64,000 bases of DNA from Betaproteobacteria bacterium (GCA_009693245.1 SHXO01000002.1:6280-70279); one strand, 5' to 3'; numbered from the stretch's first letter, positions 33,675-45,366 are shown. Notes: a model not told the origin generated them from the sequence alone. Numbers and translations are program-made.

Positions 33675-36600
33675 ATGAACAAAACCACACAGCGCCTCCA
33701 CGATCTCCTGGGGGAACGCATCCTTCTGCTGGATGGTGCCATGGGCACCATGATCCAGGGCCACGGGCTGGACACGCATCACTACCATGGTGACCGCTTC
33801 CACGACCACCATTGCGACCAGAAGGGCAACAATGACTTGCTCACCCTGACCCAGCCAAAGGTCATCGCGAGCATTCACCAGGCCTACCTCGAAGCCGGCG
33901 CGGACATTCTGGAGACCAACACCTTCAACTCCTCCCGCATCTCCATGGCGGACTACTACATGGAGGATCACATCCTTGAACTCAACCGCGAGGGAGCCCG
34001 GCTGGCGCGCCAGCTCGCGGACGAATATTCCAAGAGCACGCCCCATAAGCCACGCTTCGTGGCGGGCGTACTGGGGCCCACGAACCGCACCGCCTCCCTC
34101 TCGCCCGATGTGAACGACCCTGGCGCCCGGAACGTGAGTTTCGACGAACTGGTGGCCGCCTACGGCGAGGCGGTCGAAGGGTTGGTGCAAGGCGGCTCTG
34201 ACTTGATTCTCGTGGAAACCGTGTTCGACACCTTGAACTGCAAGGCCGCCTTGTTCGCCGCCAGCGAGCACTTCGAACGCCATGGCATGGTGCTGCCTTT
34301 GATTATCTCCGGCACCATTACCGATCTTTCCGGGCGTACTTTGTCCGGCCAGACGGTGGAGGCTTTCTGGAACTCCGTCTCGCACGCCAAGCCCTTCGCG
34401 ATCGGACTGAACTGTGCCCTGGGCGCCAAGGAATTGCGGCCCTACATCGCCGAGCTTGCGCGCTTGGCGGATACTTTTGTGTCCATCCATCCCAACGCTG
34501 GCCTGCCTAATGCGTTCGGCGAGTACGACGAAACGCCGGCCCAGATGTCCGCTCTTCTGGACGAATTCGCGCGCGAGGGATTCTTCAACATCGTGGGAGG
34601 CTGCTGCGGCACGCGCCCCGAGCACATTCGCGCCATTGGCGATGCGGTCAAGAGCAGTGCTCCGCGCGCAGTGCCGGCAATCGAGAAGAAACTCCGCTTG
34701 TCCGGACTCGAGCCCCTCAACATAGGCGACGACTCGCTGTTCGTGAACGTGGGCGAGCGTACCAATGTCACGGGCTCCAAGGCCTTCGCGCGGCTCATCC
34801 TGTCCTCCAACTACAAGGACGCGCTCACGGTCGCGCGCCAGCAGGTGGAAAACGGCGCGCAGATGATCGACGTGAACATGGACGAGGGCATGCTCGACTC
34901 CAAGGCGGCCATGGTCACCTTCTTGAACCTCATCGCCTCGGAACCGGATATCTCCCGCGTGCCGCTGATGATCGATTCCAGCAAATGGGACGTGATCGAA
35001 GCGGGCTTGAAGTGCGTGCAAGGCAAGGCGGTGGTCAACTCCATCAGCATGAAGGAAGGCGAAGCGGAGTTCCTGCGCCAAGCCAAATTGGTGCGCCGTT
35101 ACGGCGCCGCGGCCATCGTCATGGCCTTCGACGAGCAAGGCCAGGCCGATACTCTGCAAAGGCGCAAGGACATCTGCGCCCGCGCCTACGATCTGCTCGT
35201 GAACCGGGTGGGATTCCCGCCCGAGGACATCATCTTCGATCCCAACATTTTCGCCGTGGCCACCGGCATCGAAGACCATAACAACTACGGCGTGGATTTC
35301 ATCGATGCCACGCGCCATATTCGAGCGCACTTGCCCTACGCGAAAGTGAGTGGCGGCGTATCCAACGTGTCCTTCTCCTTCCGCGGCAACGAGCCCGTGC
35401 GCGAGGCCATCCACACCGCTTTTCTTTACCACGCCATCCAGGCCGGCATGACCATGGGCATCGTCAACGCCGGGCAGATTGGCGTGTACGCGGAAATTAC
35501 CAAGGACTTGCTGGAGCGCGTTGAAGACGTGCTGCTCAACCGGCGGCCCGACTCCACCGAGCGCCTAGTGGCGTTCGCGGAATCCTTCAAGGGCCAGGGC
35601 AAGTCCGTGACGGAAGACTTGGCTTGGCGCAATGCCCCGGTCAACGAGCGCTTGGCTCACGCGCTGGTGAAAGGCATAGACACGTATGTCGTCGAAGATA
35701 CGGAAGAGGCGCGGCTCCAATTCGCGCGGCCCATCCAAGTCATCGAAGGCCCGCTGATGGACGGGATGAACGTGGTGGGCGATCTCTTCGGTGCCGGCAA
35801 GATGTTTCTGCCCCAGGTGGTCAAGTCCGCGCGCGTGATGAAGCAGGCGGTGGCTCATCTCGTGCCCTATATCGAGGCGGAAAAGCAAGCGAGCGGCGAC
35901 AAAACCAGCAAGGGCAAGATCGTGCTCGCCACGGTGAAGGGCGACGTCCACGATATCGGCAAGAACATCGTTGGCGTCGTTCTTCAATGCAACAACTTCG
36001 ACGTGGTGAACCTGGGCGTCATGGTTCCCGCGCAGAAAATTCTCGACACAGCCATCGCCGAAAAAGCCGACATCATCGGCCTCTCGGGCCTGATCACGCC
36101 ATCGCTCGAAGAGATGTCCCACGTTGCCAAGGAAATGCAGCGCCAAGGTTTCACCATTCCTCTGTTGATCGGCGGCGCGACCACCTCGCGCGTGCACACG
36201 GCCGTGAAGATCGAACCCGGCTACCACGGCCCCACTGTTTGGGTGCCCGATGCTTCGCGCAGCGTGGGCGTTTGCACGAGCTTGATCAGCGGCGAACTTC
36301 GCGGGGATTACGTCACGAAGGTAAAGGCGGAATCCCATCGCGTTCGCGAGCAACACAAGGGCAAGAAAGGCCAAGGGCCGTACTACACCATCGCGCAAGC
36401 CCGCGAGCATGGTGTGAAAACCGACTGGTCCGCGTATTCCCCGCCCGTACCCAAGCGGCTAGGCCTCATGCAATTCAACGATTACTCTTTGCAAGAGATC
36501 AGCGAGGTCATCGACTGGACACCGTTCTTCCAAACCTGGGAGCTGGCGGGCCGATATCCCAAAATCCTGCAAGACGAAGTCGTGGGTGAAACCGCCCGCA

Positions 36601-37385
36601 ACCTTTTCGCCGATGCGCAAGCCATGTTGAGGCGCATCATCGAGGAAAAGTGGTTGAGCGCCCATGGGGTCATCGGTTTGTTTCCGGCCAATCGCGTCGA
36701 TGGGACGGATGATATCGAGGTCTATGCGGACGACGTTCGTTCGCATGTCATCTCCCGCTTCCACTTCCTGCGCCAGCAGATGCAAAAGCCCGTGGACCGC
36801 GCCAATCTGTCTCTGGCGGATTACATCGCGCCGAAGTCGTTGGGAAAGAAAGACTACATCGGCGCCTTCGCCGTCACCAGCGGCACCGGCATCGACACTC
36901 GCGTGGCGGCCTATGAAGCCAAGCACGACGACTACAACTCCATCCTGCTCAAAGCCTTGGCGGACCGCCTCGCGGAAGCCTTCGCCGAGCTCATGCACCG
37001 CCGCGTGCGCCGCGAATTCTGGGGCTACGCCACGGATGAAGAAATTTCAGTGGAATATCTGATCGCCGAAAAATACCGAGGCATCCGTCCCGCGCCCGGC
37101 TACCCCGCTTGTCCCGATCATACCGAGAAGGGCGCGTTGTTTTCACTGCTTGAGGCCGAAGCCCGCGCGAAGATGAAACTGACCGAAAGCTACGCGATGC
37201 TCCCCGCCGCCGCGGTCAGCGGCTTCTACTTCTCTCATCCAGAGGCTCACTACTTCGCCGTCGGCCGCATCGATCAAGACCAAGTGAAGGAATACGCCCA
37301 GCGCAAGGGAAAACCCTTGGAGGAGGCGGAGCGCTGGCTGGCGCCGAATCTCAACTACGAGAGAACGCAGAAGGTGGCGGTGTAA
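33675..37385 (+). CDS. metH: Cobalamin-dependent methionine synthase
   Basis: [31 protein letters not shown]12 motif, [10 protein letters not shown]. Confidence 0.98.
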   Translation: MNKTTQRLHDLLGERILLLDGAMGTMIQGHGLDTHHYHGDRFHDHHCDQKGNNDLLTLTQPKVIASIHQAYLEAGADILETNTFNSSRISMADYYMEDHILELNREGARLARQLADEYSKSTPHKPRFVAGVLGPTNRTASLSPDVNDPGARNVSFDELVAAYGEAVEGLVQGGSDLILVETVFDTLNCKAALFAASEHFERHGMVLPLIISGTITDLSGRTLSGQTVEAFWNSVSHAKPFAIGLNCALGAKELRPYIAELARLADTFVSIHPNAGLPNAFGEYDETPAQMSALLDEFAREGFFNIVGGCCGTRPEHIRAIGDAVKSSAPRAVPAIEKKLRLSGLEPLNIGDDSLFVNVGERTNVTGSKAFARLILSSNYKDALTVARQQVENGAQMIDVNMDEGMLDSKAAMVTFLNLIASEPDISRVPLMIDSSKWDVIEAGLKCVQGKAVVNSISMKEGEAEFLRQAKLVRRYGAAAIVMAFDEQGQADTLQRRKDICARAYDLLVNRVGFPPEDIIFDPNIFAVATGIEDHNNYGVDFIDATRHIRAHLPYAKVSGGVSNVSFSFRGNEPVREAIHTAFLYHAIQAGMTMGIVNAGQIGVYAEITKDLLERVEDVLLNRRPDSTERLVAFAESFKGQGKSVTEDLAWRNAPVNERLAHALVKGIDTYVVEDTEEARLQFARPIQVIEGPLMDGMNVVGDLFGAGKMFLPQVVKSARVMKQAVAHLVPYIEAEKQASGDKTSKGKIVLATVKGDVHDIGKNIVGVVLQCNNFDVVNLGVMVPAQKILDTAIAEKADIIGLSGLITPSLEEMSHVAKEMQRQGFTIPLLIGGATTSRVHTAVKIEPGYHGPTVWVPDASRSVGVCTSLISGELRGDYVTKVKAESHRVREQHKGKKGQGPYYTIAQAREHGVKTDWSAYSPPVPKRLGLMQFNDYSLQEISEVIDWTPFFQTWELAGRYPKILQDEVVGETARNLFADAQAMLRRIIEEKWLSAHGVIGLFPANRVDGTDDIEVYADDVRSHVISRFHFLRQQMQKPVDRANLSLADYIAPKSLGKKDYIGAFAVTSGTGIDTRVAAYEAKHDDYNSILLKALADRLAEAFAELMHRRVRREFWGYATDEEISVEYLIAEKYRGIRPAPGYPACPDHTEKGALFSLLEAEARAKMKLTESYAMLPAAAVSGFYFSHPEAHYFAVGRIDQDQVKEYAQRKGKPLEEAERWLAPNLNYERTQKVAV

Positions 37386-37496
37386 GAGGCGCTGTGATTT
37401 CGTGCATTGGCGGCTTGCAGATGCGCAGTGACCATCGCAGCTTCGGCAACATCGGGGCGGGCAGTAGGCATGCGGCGACATGACCCCTGCGCCAAA

Positions 37497-37655
37497 CTAT
37501 GCCGGTTTCGGCTTCCTTGCTTTGAGCGGAAGGGCTTCCCGCTCCGTCGGCAGAGCATTGAATTCGGGGTCTTTGTGGATCAACAAGGCGCCCTGCTCCT
37601 GGGCGCAAGCGGCAATCCAGGCATCCGCGAGCGACAAGGAATACTCTGCCTTCAT
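37497..37655 (-). pseudogene. vapC: VapC/PIN toxin, C-terminal 52 aa only
   Basis: ATG overlaps the antitoxin stop (ATGA) and is followed immediately by SLSLADAWIAA...LIHKDPEF; N-terminal PIN acidic motifs absent. Confidence 0.75.
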
Positions 37656-37876
37656 TCGCGCGCCAGTTCGTCGCGGCGCGCGGCGAGCAGCCGTTTCGTG
37701 GCGCCGCCTTTGCCTTGCCCGCGAAATGCCTCCACCGGATTGGCGCGCACCGGCACCACGCGGATCGTGCCATTTTCCAGTATCCACTCCAGGCGGTCTG
37801 CCGGGCTTAAACGAAATTGGCGGCGGATAGCCGCCGGAATGACGGTCTGCCCGCGATCAGTAATGGTGCTTCTCAT
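37652..37876 (-). CDS. AbrB/MazE/SpoVT-family antitoxin
   Basis: STITDRGQTVIPAAIRRQFRL..DRLEW; RBS ggagg. Confidence 0.9.
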   Translation of the reverse strand: MRSTITDRGQTVIPAAIRRQFRLSPADRLEWILENGTIRVVPVRANPVEAFRGQGKGGATKRLLAARRDELARE

Positions 37877-37889
37877 GACGCCTCCAGGA

Positions 37890-37920
37890 TGAATTACAAA
37901 TCAATCTAAAGTGTAATTCA
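37890..37920. promoter_or_regulatory. Probable TA autoregulatory operator
   Basis: Perfect inverted repeat TGAATTACA-N13-TGTAATTCA just upstream of the antitoxin RBS. Confidence 0.65.
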
Positions 37921-38041
37921 GCTCCTGCGTGTTCGCAATACGAATCGATTCCGGGAAGAGAGCGTTATCGGCTCGGGCGCGGTGTTGAGGCGCTGCCGGT
38001 TGCGATCCTGAACAAGATTTCGCAGGATTAATTGCGTACCG

Positions 38042-39592
38042 GTGCAAACCCATGACACAACGTCACCACGGCTTCCCACAGGAGTCCATGGGACCAGTCC
38101 AACTCGGCAAAGTGATACCATCGGCGCTAACTTTGAACTTGCCGGTATTGCATTGACGATCCATGGAATCCTTCTTTACTGTTACCTATTGCTGTGTTCG
38201 GTTGGTGCGCTGACCCCGGCCTGGGCGGACGCACCCAGCCGCATTCATCACTACCGCCTTGAAGCCGATGAAGGATTGACTACCCTGAAGGCACGGGCAT
38301 GTTTTAACGGAGCGCCGCCACTATACTTGGTAGCGGAATCCCTGGATGCCTCCACCGCGCTTAAGGAGGCGCGCATCGAGGGCAGTCGCCGTGACCTTGA
38401 ACCCAACGGCACGGAACTCAAGCTGAAGGGCGCGGCACGCGATACCTGTGTTCTGTATACGGTGGACATTTCTCCCTCCGCGGCACGCCATGAACGCGGT
38501 GGTAACTTGAGCGGCTGGGCGGGCGACGATCTGGTGGTGGACGTCGGCCGTTGGTTTTGGCGCCCGCAGACGCTCGCGGCGGATGAGGATATCCGGCTGG
38601 AGTTCGTGCTGCCCGAAGGAGTGGCTATATCCGCGCCGTGGAAGCGCGATGAAGGCAGGGGAGGCGCGAACTTTCGTGCCGGGCATACTCCCGCGGATTG
38701 GCCTGCGGTGGTGGCTTTTGGCCGGTTCAAGGAAAACGTCATCGCCGTTCCAGGTGCGACATTGCGGGTCGCGGTGCTGGGCGTGACACCGAAGATCGAT
38801 GCTGCCCAGATCGCCGAATGGGTGCGCAACGCCGCGCTCGGCGTCACCACGGTCCACGGCAAGTTTCCGGTGCCTGAAGCGCGCGTGTTGGTGGTCCCCA
38901 ACGCCCAAGGCAATGAACCGGTGCCCTGGGCCTTTGTGCAGCGAGGCGGCGGCCCGTCCGCGCAATTTCTCATCAACCACCGCTTGCCGGCCGAGGCCTT
39001 CGTATCCGATTGGACCTTGTTCCACGAGCTGGCCCATCTGCTCTTGCCTTACATCGGTTCACAGGATGCCTGGTTGTCGGAGGGAGTGGCCAGTTATTAT
39101 CAAAATTTGTTGCGCGCGCGCCGCGGAGTCATCACGCCGCTGGATGCCTGGCAACGCTTGCACGCGGGATTCGAGCGCGGGCGCAAGAGCCAGATCGGCG
39201 TGACGCTGGCCGATGCCACGGAGCGCATGTATCTCAACGCCGGCTTCATGCGCGTGTATTGGCAAGGCGCGGCCATCGCGCTGCTGGCCGATTACAGGCT
39301 GCGCGTGCAAGGCCACCACTCCCTCGACAGCGCGCTGGGGGGGCTGGCTCGGTGCTGCTTGCCTTCGGATAAAACCTGGAGCGGGCGCGAGGTGTTGGAA
39401 CGACTGGATGCCATCACCAGCACTTCAGTTTTTACCGAACTGTATGACCGCTATATTCGCTCGGAAGCGTTTCCGGATTTGAGCGAGGTCTACCAGGGAT
39501 TGGGATTGCAGGTACAGGATAAGGAATTGCGGTTCACGGAGGGTTCACCGCACACCGCGTTGCGCGATTCGATGATGAGCATCCATGATTGA
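38042..39592 (+). CDS. Exported gluzincin (M61/M1-like) metallopeptidase
   Basis: FHELAH...WLSEGVASY, RVYWQGA; hydrophobic signal ending AWA; true start probably near 38150. Confidence 0.7.
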   Translation: MQTHDTTSPRLPTGVHGTSPTRQSDTIGANFELAGIALTIHGILLYCYLLLCSVGALTPAWADAPSRIHHYRLEADEGLTTLKARACFNGAPPLYLVAESLDASTALKEARIEGSRRDLEPNGTELKLKGAARDTCVLYTVDISPSAARHERGGNLSGWAGDDLVVDVGRWFWRPQTLAADEDIRLEFVLPEGVAISAPWKRDEGRGGANFRAGHTPADWPAVVAFGRFKENVIAVPGATLRVAVLGVTPKIDAAQIAEWVRNAALGVTTVHGKFPVPEARVLVVPNAQGNEPVPWAFVQRGGGPSAQFLINHRLPAEAFVSDWTLFHELAHLLLPYIGSQDAWLSEGVASYYQNLLRARRGVITPLDAWQRLHAGFERGRKSQIGVTLADATERMYLNAGFMRVYWQGAAIALLADYRLRVQGHHSLDSALGGLARCCLPSDKTWSGREVLERLDAITSTSVFTELYDRYIRSEAFPDLSEVYQGLGLQVQDKELRFTEGSPHTALRDSMMSIHD

Positions 39593-40049
39593 AGCTCTGG
39601 TGGCCTATCTGCACTACACCTCGGTCATCGTCATGGGAGCCGCGCTGTTCACGGAGTACTCGCGCTGCCACGAGGATATGCAACCGCCTGATATCCGCGT
39701 TCTGGCAAGGGTTGACGTGGTGTACTTCATCGCCGCCATCGCCGTGTCGGCTACCGGCCTCGCACGCGTGTTTCTGCTGGGGAAAGGTGTTGCGTACTAC
39801 TTCCACAATCCGGTTCTCTATATCAAGCTCGCACTGTTCCTGGCGGTGGGCCTGCTGTCGATTCCGCCCACCTTGCAGTTCATCCGGTGGAACCGGGCCT
39901 TGAAGAGCGGGCAAGGGCGCATTCTCAACGGCGACCAGATCAGCGCCACGCGCCATTACTTGATCGCCGAACTCATCGTTTTTCTTTTCATTCCGCTCGC
40001 GGCAGTGATGATGGCGCGAGGCTTCGGCATTCAGGCTACGCCACCATGA
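39585..40049 (+). CDS. DUF2214-like inner membrane protein
   Basis: Four TM segments, GKG..YY..NP, LLSIPPT..F.RW, MARGFG. Confidence 0.8.
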   Translation: MIEALVAYLHYTSVIVMGAALFTEYSRCHEDMQPPDIRVLARVDVVYFIAAIAVSATGLARVFLLGKGVAYYFHNPVLYIKLALFLAVGLLSIPPTLQFIRWNRALKSGQGRILNGDQISATRHYLIAELIVFLFIPLAAVMMARGFGIQATPP

Positions 40050-41458
40050 ACCCCATGTGTTTCTTACCGGCCTCTGATCTTGCCTCGATGATTCGCCGCA
40101 AGGAGGTCTCTTGCGAGGAGGTAATGCGGACTCATCTTGAACACATTGACCGCATTAACCCGGTGGTAAACGCCATCGTGACCCTGGTGCCAGATCAAGC
40201 GATGCAAGGGGCGCGAGAGGCCGACCGCCAAATCGCTCGCGGTGATGCTCTGGGTCCGTTGCATGGGTTGCCGGTGGCCCACAAGGACTTGATGGTCACG
40301 AAAGGCATTCGCACCACCTTCGGCTCGCCCATCTTCAAGGACTTCGTGCCCGAAGAGGATGGACTTATCGTGGAGCGATTGCGCGCGGCGGGGGCTATCA
40401 CCCTGGGCAAGACCAACACGCCGGAATTTGGCGCAGGCTCTCAGACATTCAACGCCGTGTTCGGGGCCACGAAGAATCCCTACGATCTTACCAAGACATG
40501 CGGCGGCAGCAGCGGCGGTGCGGCCGTGGCGCTCGCCTGTGGCATGGTGCCCATCGCGGACGGGAGCGATCTGGGAGGGTCTCTGCGTAACCCCGCGAGC
40601 TTCTGCAATATCGCGGGGTTTCGCCCTTCGCCAGGGAGGGTGCCCAATTGGCCCGTGCTCAACGCCTACTACCCCCTCTCCGTGGTGGGGCCCATGGCAC
40701 GCACGGTTCAAGATCTGACCCTCATGTTGAGCGCCATCGCCGGGCCGGATGCACGGGCGCCACTCTCCATCGCGCAGCCCGCTTCGGTCTTTGCGCAATC
40801 GCTGGGGCGAGATATCAAGGGGGTCAAGATTGCGTGGGGTTCGAATCTCGGTGGCTTCGAGGTAGACAGGCGCGTGAGCGCGGTGCTCGATAGTCACCGC
40901 CACGTGCTGGAGGATCTCGGTTGCATCGTGGAAAAGGCCCATCCGGATTTTCGGGATGCGGATGAAATTTTTCAGGTGCTGCGTGCCTATGCCTTCGAAA
41001 CCAACTTTGGCGAGTTACTGCCTTCCCACCGCCACCAGATGAAGGAGACCGTCGTCTGGAACATCGAGGCCGGACGCAAGCTCACCGGCGCGCAAGTGGG
41101 CCGCGCCGAGGCCAAGCGCACGGCGCTCTACCACCGGGTGCGAACGTTTATGGAACAATACGAGTACCTGGTGCTGCCAGTGGTGCAGGTTCCGCCCTTC
41201 GATATCGCCCAGGAGTACGTCACGCGGATCAACGGGCATAAGATGCAAACCTACATCGATTGGATGCGCTCCTGCTACTACATCACCGTGACGGGCTGCC
41301 CGGCCATCTCGGTGCCGTGCGGATTCACCGAGGAAGGCCTTCCCGTGGGGTTGCAGATCGTGGGAAGGCACCAACAGGATTTCGCCGTATTGCAATTGGC
41401 CTATGCATTCCAGGAACAAGTGCCATACTGGAAGCGCAGGCCCGCGATGTTCAACTGA
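40046..41458 (+). CDS. Amidase-signature family enzyme
   Basis: GPLHGLPVAHKD, GGSSGG, GSDLGGSLRNPA; ATG at 40046 overlaps the upstream stop. Confidence 0.93.
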   Translation: MNPMCFLPASDLASMIRRKEVSCEEVMRTHLEHIDRINPVVNAIVTLVPDQAMQGAREADRQIARGDALGPLHGLPVAHKDLMVTKGIRTTFGSPIFKDFVPEEDGLIVERLRAAGAITLGKTNTPEFGAGSQTFNAVFGATKNPYDLTKTCGGSSGGAAVALACGMVPIADGSDLGGSLRNPASFCNIAGFRPSPGRVPNWPVLNAYYPLSVVGPMARTVQDLTLMLSAIAGPDARAPLSIAQPASVFAQSLGRDIKGVKIAWGSNLGGFEVDRRVSAVLDSHRHVLEDLGCIVEKAHPDFRDADEIFQVLRAYAFETNFGELLPSHRHQMKETVVWNIEAGRKLTGAQVGRAEAKRTALYHRVRTFMEQYEYLVLPVVQVPPFDIAQEYVTRINGHKMQTYIDWMRSCYYITVTGCPAISVPCGFTEEGLPVGLQIVGRHQQDFAVLQLAYAFQEQVPYWKRRPAMFN

Positions 41459-41477
41459 CTCTCTCGAACCATAAAAC

Positions 41478-42308
41478 ATGAATGCTTCTACCTTCGCACG
41501 ACTTGTCTGTGCATTTTTTCTCTCGGCAACTACCTTCCTAGTCATGGCGCAAACGGACGCCCCAGCCGCCGAAGCGCAGGCCAAGCGCCCGCCCCGCCCT
41601 GGCCGCGTCTACATCAAGGACGTGGAGGGCATCTGGATGGCCCAGCAGTACATGAATGCGCTCAAAGCCACACGCTCACCGCGAGCGGCGGCACGCAAGT
41701 CCCAGCCCATCGTCATCCAACTCAAGAAAGAGAACTGGATCTACCCCATCTTGACCACGAATTTTCGCTCGGCGGTGTTGCAATTCATGATCGAAATCGA
41801 GCCGGATAAAAAGCCGCAATCCTGGCGCTTCGTCACCGCCAAGACCGAAGGCATCGTCAGTTCGAGCGACGTGATCTACAGCTACTTCACGGGCAAGCGC
41901 GGCATGACCGGTGCCTTTGAAACCTTGTCCCTGAAGGAACCGCACTTCGCCCAGCGCAAGAGCACTCTCTTCGCGCGGCTGGCCGAACCTCTGGAGGTCT
42001 TCGTCAATAAGAATACCGTGGCCGGCAAATACGAGGACGAGGACGGCAAACCCTACGAATTTAGCGGCGAGGGAGATGCCATGTTTCCTGATCGCAAATT
42101 CGCCTATGAAGTGCTGTTGGATACGGCGCAAGCAAGCTGTGACGTGCTAACGAGCCACCACGAGAAGGAGCCCGAAGGCAAGGAGCGCATCGGCTTTGCC
42201 GCCAAGGGCGATAAGCTTCTCTTGTACAAGACGCAATCCCTGTCCAAGGGTACGTGGCGTTGCGAAGCCAAACCCTTCGCCACGTTAACCCGCGGCGAAC
42301 AAGCTTAA
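41478..42308 (+). CDS. Exported hypothetical protein
   Basis: Signal peptide (VMA|Q), 276-aa ORF in operon orientation. Confidence 0.7.
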   Translation: MNASTFARLVCAFFLSATTFLVMAQTDAPAAEAQAKRPPRPGRVYIKDVEGIWMAQQYMNALKATRSPRAAARKSQPIVIQLKKENWIYPILTTNFRSAVLQFMIEIEPDKKPQSWRFVTAKTEGIVSSSDVIYSYFTGKRGMTGAFETLSLKEPHFAQRKSTLFARLAEPLEVFVNKNTVAGKYEDEDGKPYEFSGEGDAMFPDRKFAYEVLLDTAQASCDVLTSHHEKEPEGKERIGFAAKGDKLLLYKTQSLSKGTWRCEAKPFATLTRGEQA

Positions 42309-42319
42309 GGAGAAAAGCC

Positions 42320-42775
42320 ATGTTGAATTACATTAAGACCGTATTACTAGGTGCCGCCGTCGCATTCGCCACACAAGCCCTCGCGGGTAACTGCGAAGAC
42401 ATCAACGCCCACGAAGCGCAGAAAGCCGAAGATGCCCGCTACGCCGCGCAAATGAATGACGACTTCGCCGCGATGGATAAGCTCTTCGCCGATGATTTGG
42501 TTTACACGCACTCCAGCTCCGTGGTCGATAACAAGAAGACCTATATCGAATCCATGACCTCGGGCACGGTGAAGTACAAGGTGATGCGCCGCTCGGATGT
42601 GACAGTGCGCACCTTCGGATGCATCGCCATCCTTACCGGCCTGGGGAATTTCGACGTGAGAGTGAAAGGGCAGGATCTTTCCGTGGAGTTGCGCTTCTCG
42701 AGCACATGGATCAAGCGCAATGGCGCGCCGCAATTCGTTTCCTGGCAGGCCACCCGCACGCCTGCTAAGCAGTAG
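42320..42775 (+). CDS. Exported DUF4440/NTF2-like protein
   Basis: RBS aaggag; AEDARYAA..DFAAMDKLFADDLVYTHSS, SWQAT. Confidence 0.85.
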   Translation: MLNYIKTVLLGAAVAFATQALAGNCEDINAHEAQKAEDARYAAQMNDDFAAMDKLFADDLVYTHSSSVVDNKKTYIESMTSGTVKYKVMRRSDVTVRTFGCIAILTGLGNFDVRVKGQDLSVELRFSSTWIKRNGAPQFVSWQATRTPAKQ

Positions 42776-42825
42776 CCGCCGGTTTTCCCTGAACCGCGAT
42801 TCCATCTTGAGCCCGTTGAGGCGCC

Positions 42826-44268
42826 ATGTCCGAAGCCAAAGAGCGACAGCCCCAGGAGGGCGTGCAGCAGGCGTTGCAACAAATCGTTGCCCTGCTGGAC
42901 AAGCAAAAGCTGGTCGAAAGCCTCGTGCACAAGCAGGAGATGCCGCGCCACGACCTAGTGGAATCCCTGGTCCACAAGCAACACCTCGCTGAACTTCAGA
43001 AGAAGCTCGACACCCTTCACGCCGCCGATATCGCCCACATCCTGGAGGCCTTGCCCCTGGATGAGCGGCTCTATGTTTGGGATCTGGTCAAGGCGGAGCG
43101 CGAGGGCGATATTTTGCTCGAGGTCTCCGAGCCTGTCCGCGAGACGCTCATCGCCTCCATGGAGCCGCAAGAGTTGTTGGCGGCGGCGGAATCCCTCGAT
43201 ACCGATGAACTGGCCGACCTCGCGCCCGACTTGCCGCAAGACGTCATGCAGGACGTCTTCAAGTCCCTTTCGCTCGAGGAGCGCGAGCAGTTGCGCGCCG
43301 CCATGTCCTACGAGGAAGACACGGTGGGGGCATTGATGGATTTCGATCTCGTCACCATACGCGAAGACATCACGCTCGAAACCGTGCTGCGTTACCTGCG
43401 CCGGCTGGACGAGTTGCCTGACCACACCGACCAATTGTTCGTTGTGGACCGCCGCGGGCGCCTGAAGGGGGCTTTGCCCATCAAGCGATTGCTGGTGCAA
43501 GACCTCGACAAGACCGTGGCGGAAGTGATGCACACCGGCATGTTGATGCTGCGCGCGCGCGACCGCGCCGAAGAGGCCGCCCAGGCCTTCGAACGCTACG
43601 ACTTGGTGACCGCGCCCGTCATCGACGAGCGCGCCAACCTGGTGGGCCGCGTGAGCGTGGACGCGGTGCTCGACTACGTGCGCGAAGCGGCCGAGAACGA
43701 ACGTCTCAATCTGGGCGGCTTGCGCGAAGAGGAGGATATCTTCGCCTCGGTGTGGGATGCCGCCAAGAACCGTTGGGCTTGGCTGGCCGTGAATCTGGTC
43801 ACGGCCTTGGTGGCCTCGCGCGTCATCAGCGTGTTCGAGGGCAGCATCGAAAAACTAGTGGCGCTGGCCGCCCTCATGCCCATCGTGGCGGGCATCGGCG
43901 GGAACTCCGGTAACCAGACCATCACCATGCTGGTGCGCGCCATAGCGCTCGGGCAGGTGAGCCGCATGAACGCGAAGCGCTTGCTGGCGAAAGAACTGCT
44001 GATCAGCTCGCTCAATGGCTTGGTTTGGGGCGGCATCATGGGTTTGATCGCCGTGGCGCTCTATGGTAGCTGGCTGCTGGGCTTGGTGATGGCCATGGCC
44101 ATGACATTGAATCTCGCCGTGGCGGCGGTCTTCGGTTTGGGAATTCCGTTGGTCCTGGACCGCTTCGGCCGCGATCCGGCAGTGGGCTCCAGCGTCATGA
44201 TCACGGCTATCACCGACAGCGGCGGGTTCTTTATTTTTCTCGGGCTGGCCACGCTGTTCTTGCTTTGA
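42826..44268 (+). CDS. mgtE: Magnesium transporter MgtE
   Basis: HAADIA N-domain, CBS pair, GIGGNSGNQT, DPAVGSSV..TDSGG. Confidence 0.95.
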   Translation: MSEAKERQPQEGVQQALQQIVALLDKQKLVESLVHKQEMPRHDLVESLVHKQHLAELQKKLDTLHAADIAHILEALPLDERLYVWDLVKAEREGDILLEVSEPVRETLIASMEPQELLAAAESLDTDELADLAPDLPQDVMQDVFKSLSLEEREQLRAAMSYEEDTVGALMDFDLVTIREDITLETVLRYLRRLDELPDHTDQLFVVDRRGRLKGALPIKRLLVQDLDKTVAEVMHTGMLMLRARDRAEEAAQAFERYDLVTAPVIDERANLVGRVSVDAVLDYVREAAENERLNLGGLREEEDIFASVWDAAKNRWAWLAVNLVTALVASRVISVFEGSIEKLVALAALMPIVAGIGGNSGNQTITMLVRAIALGQVSRMNAKRLLAKELLISSLNGLVWGGIMGLIAVALYGSWLLGLVMAMAMTLNLAVAAVFGLGIPLVLDRFGRDPAVGSSVMITAITDSGGFFIFLGLATLFLL

Positions 44269-44403
44269 GAAGGGCGGCCATCACGAATGTCTCACGCTTC
44301 ATCACGCATTGTTCAATTTCGCGTTGGCTTCCGAACCGCGGCGGCTTAGCTAGCTCAAAGCCGCATCCGCGCCATCCCGGATTACCGTATAACGAGGCTA
44401 CGC

Positions 44404-45366
44404 ATGCTAAAGGATATTACCGTGCTGGTCAAACACTCAAACGATATCGTTCCCTCGGAAATTACGCCCAAGGCGCTCTATGAAGGAAGGCGCCAGTTCA
44501 TGCTCAAGAGCGGAGCCGCGCTCGTGGGTGCCTGGGGTTTAGCGGCTGCGCGCAACGATGCCTTCGCCGGCGTGAAACTGGCTGGCGTGAAGAAGAGCCA
44601 GTACACGGTGGCGGAAGCGCAGACTCCGCTAAAGGATGTCACCACCTATAACAACTTCTACGAATTCGGCACGGACAAGTCAGACCCCGCCGCCAATGCG
44701 CACACGTTGAATCCACGGCCGTGGACAGTATCCGTGGAAGGCGAAGTGAAGAAGGCGAAAACCTTCGGCATCGAGGAGTTGCTCAAGCTCGCACCTTTGG
44801 AAGAACGTGTCTACCGCCTGCGCTGCGTGGAGGGATGGTCCATGGTCATTCCCTGGGTAGGGTATTCGCTGGCGGAACTCATCAAGCAAGTGGAACCCAC
44901 TGGGAACGCCAAGTACGTGGAATTCGTTTCGCTCGCCGATCCCGCGCAGATGCCCGGGGTGAAGGACTCGGTCCTGAATTGGCCTTACACGGAGGGCTTG
45001 CGCATGGACGAGGCAGTGAACCCGCTCACGCTCTTGTGCATGGGACTCTACGGCGAAGCGCTGCCTAACCAGAACGGCGCGCCGGTGCGCGTGGTCATCC
45101 CATGGAAGTACGGTTTCAAAAGCGGAAAATCCATTGTGAAGATTCGCTTCGTGGAGAAGCAACCCACCACGGCCTGGATGGCCGCCATTCCCAGCGAGTA
45201 CGGCTTCTACTCCAACGTCAATCCGCAAGTGGATCATCCGCGCTGGAGCCAGGCGAAGGAACGGCGCATCGGCGAATTCGGCAAACGTCCCACGCTCATG
45301 TTCAACGGCTACGCCGACCAAGTGGGCAAGCTCTACGCCGGCATGGATCTCAAGAAATTTTTCTAG
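44404..45366 (+). CDS. msrP: Protein-methionine-sulfoxide reductase catalytic subunit
   Basis: SEITP, Tat [27 protein letters not shown]. Confidence 0.96.
   Translation: MLKDITVLVKHSNDIVPSEITPKALYEGRRQFMLKSGAALVGAWGLAAARNDAFAGVKLAGVKKSQYTVAEAQTPLKDVTTYNNFYEFGTDKSDPAANAHTLNPRPWTVSVEGEVKKAKTFGIEELLKLAPLEERVYRLRCVEGWSMVIPWVGYSLAELIKQVEPTGNAKYVEFVSLADPAQMPGVKDSVLNWPYTEGLRMDEAVNPLTLLCMGLYGEALPNQNGAPVRVVIPWKYGFKSGKSIVKIRFVEKQPTTAWMAAIPSEYGFYSNVNPQVDHPRWSQAKERRIGEFGKRPTLMFNGYADQVGKLYAGMDLKKFF

Noticed and set aside
33450..35432. Long antisense ORFs (660 aa opposite metH; similar ones opposite glmS, glmU, hemA, groEL and the MFS gene)
   Set aside because: Shadow ORFs expected from high-GC codon bias; no motifs, and they fully overlap well-supported genes.
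44279..44307. Three tcacg repeats after mgtE resembling the heptamer element at 13747
   Set aside because: Too short and degenerate, with no inverted partner.
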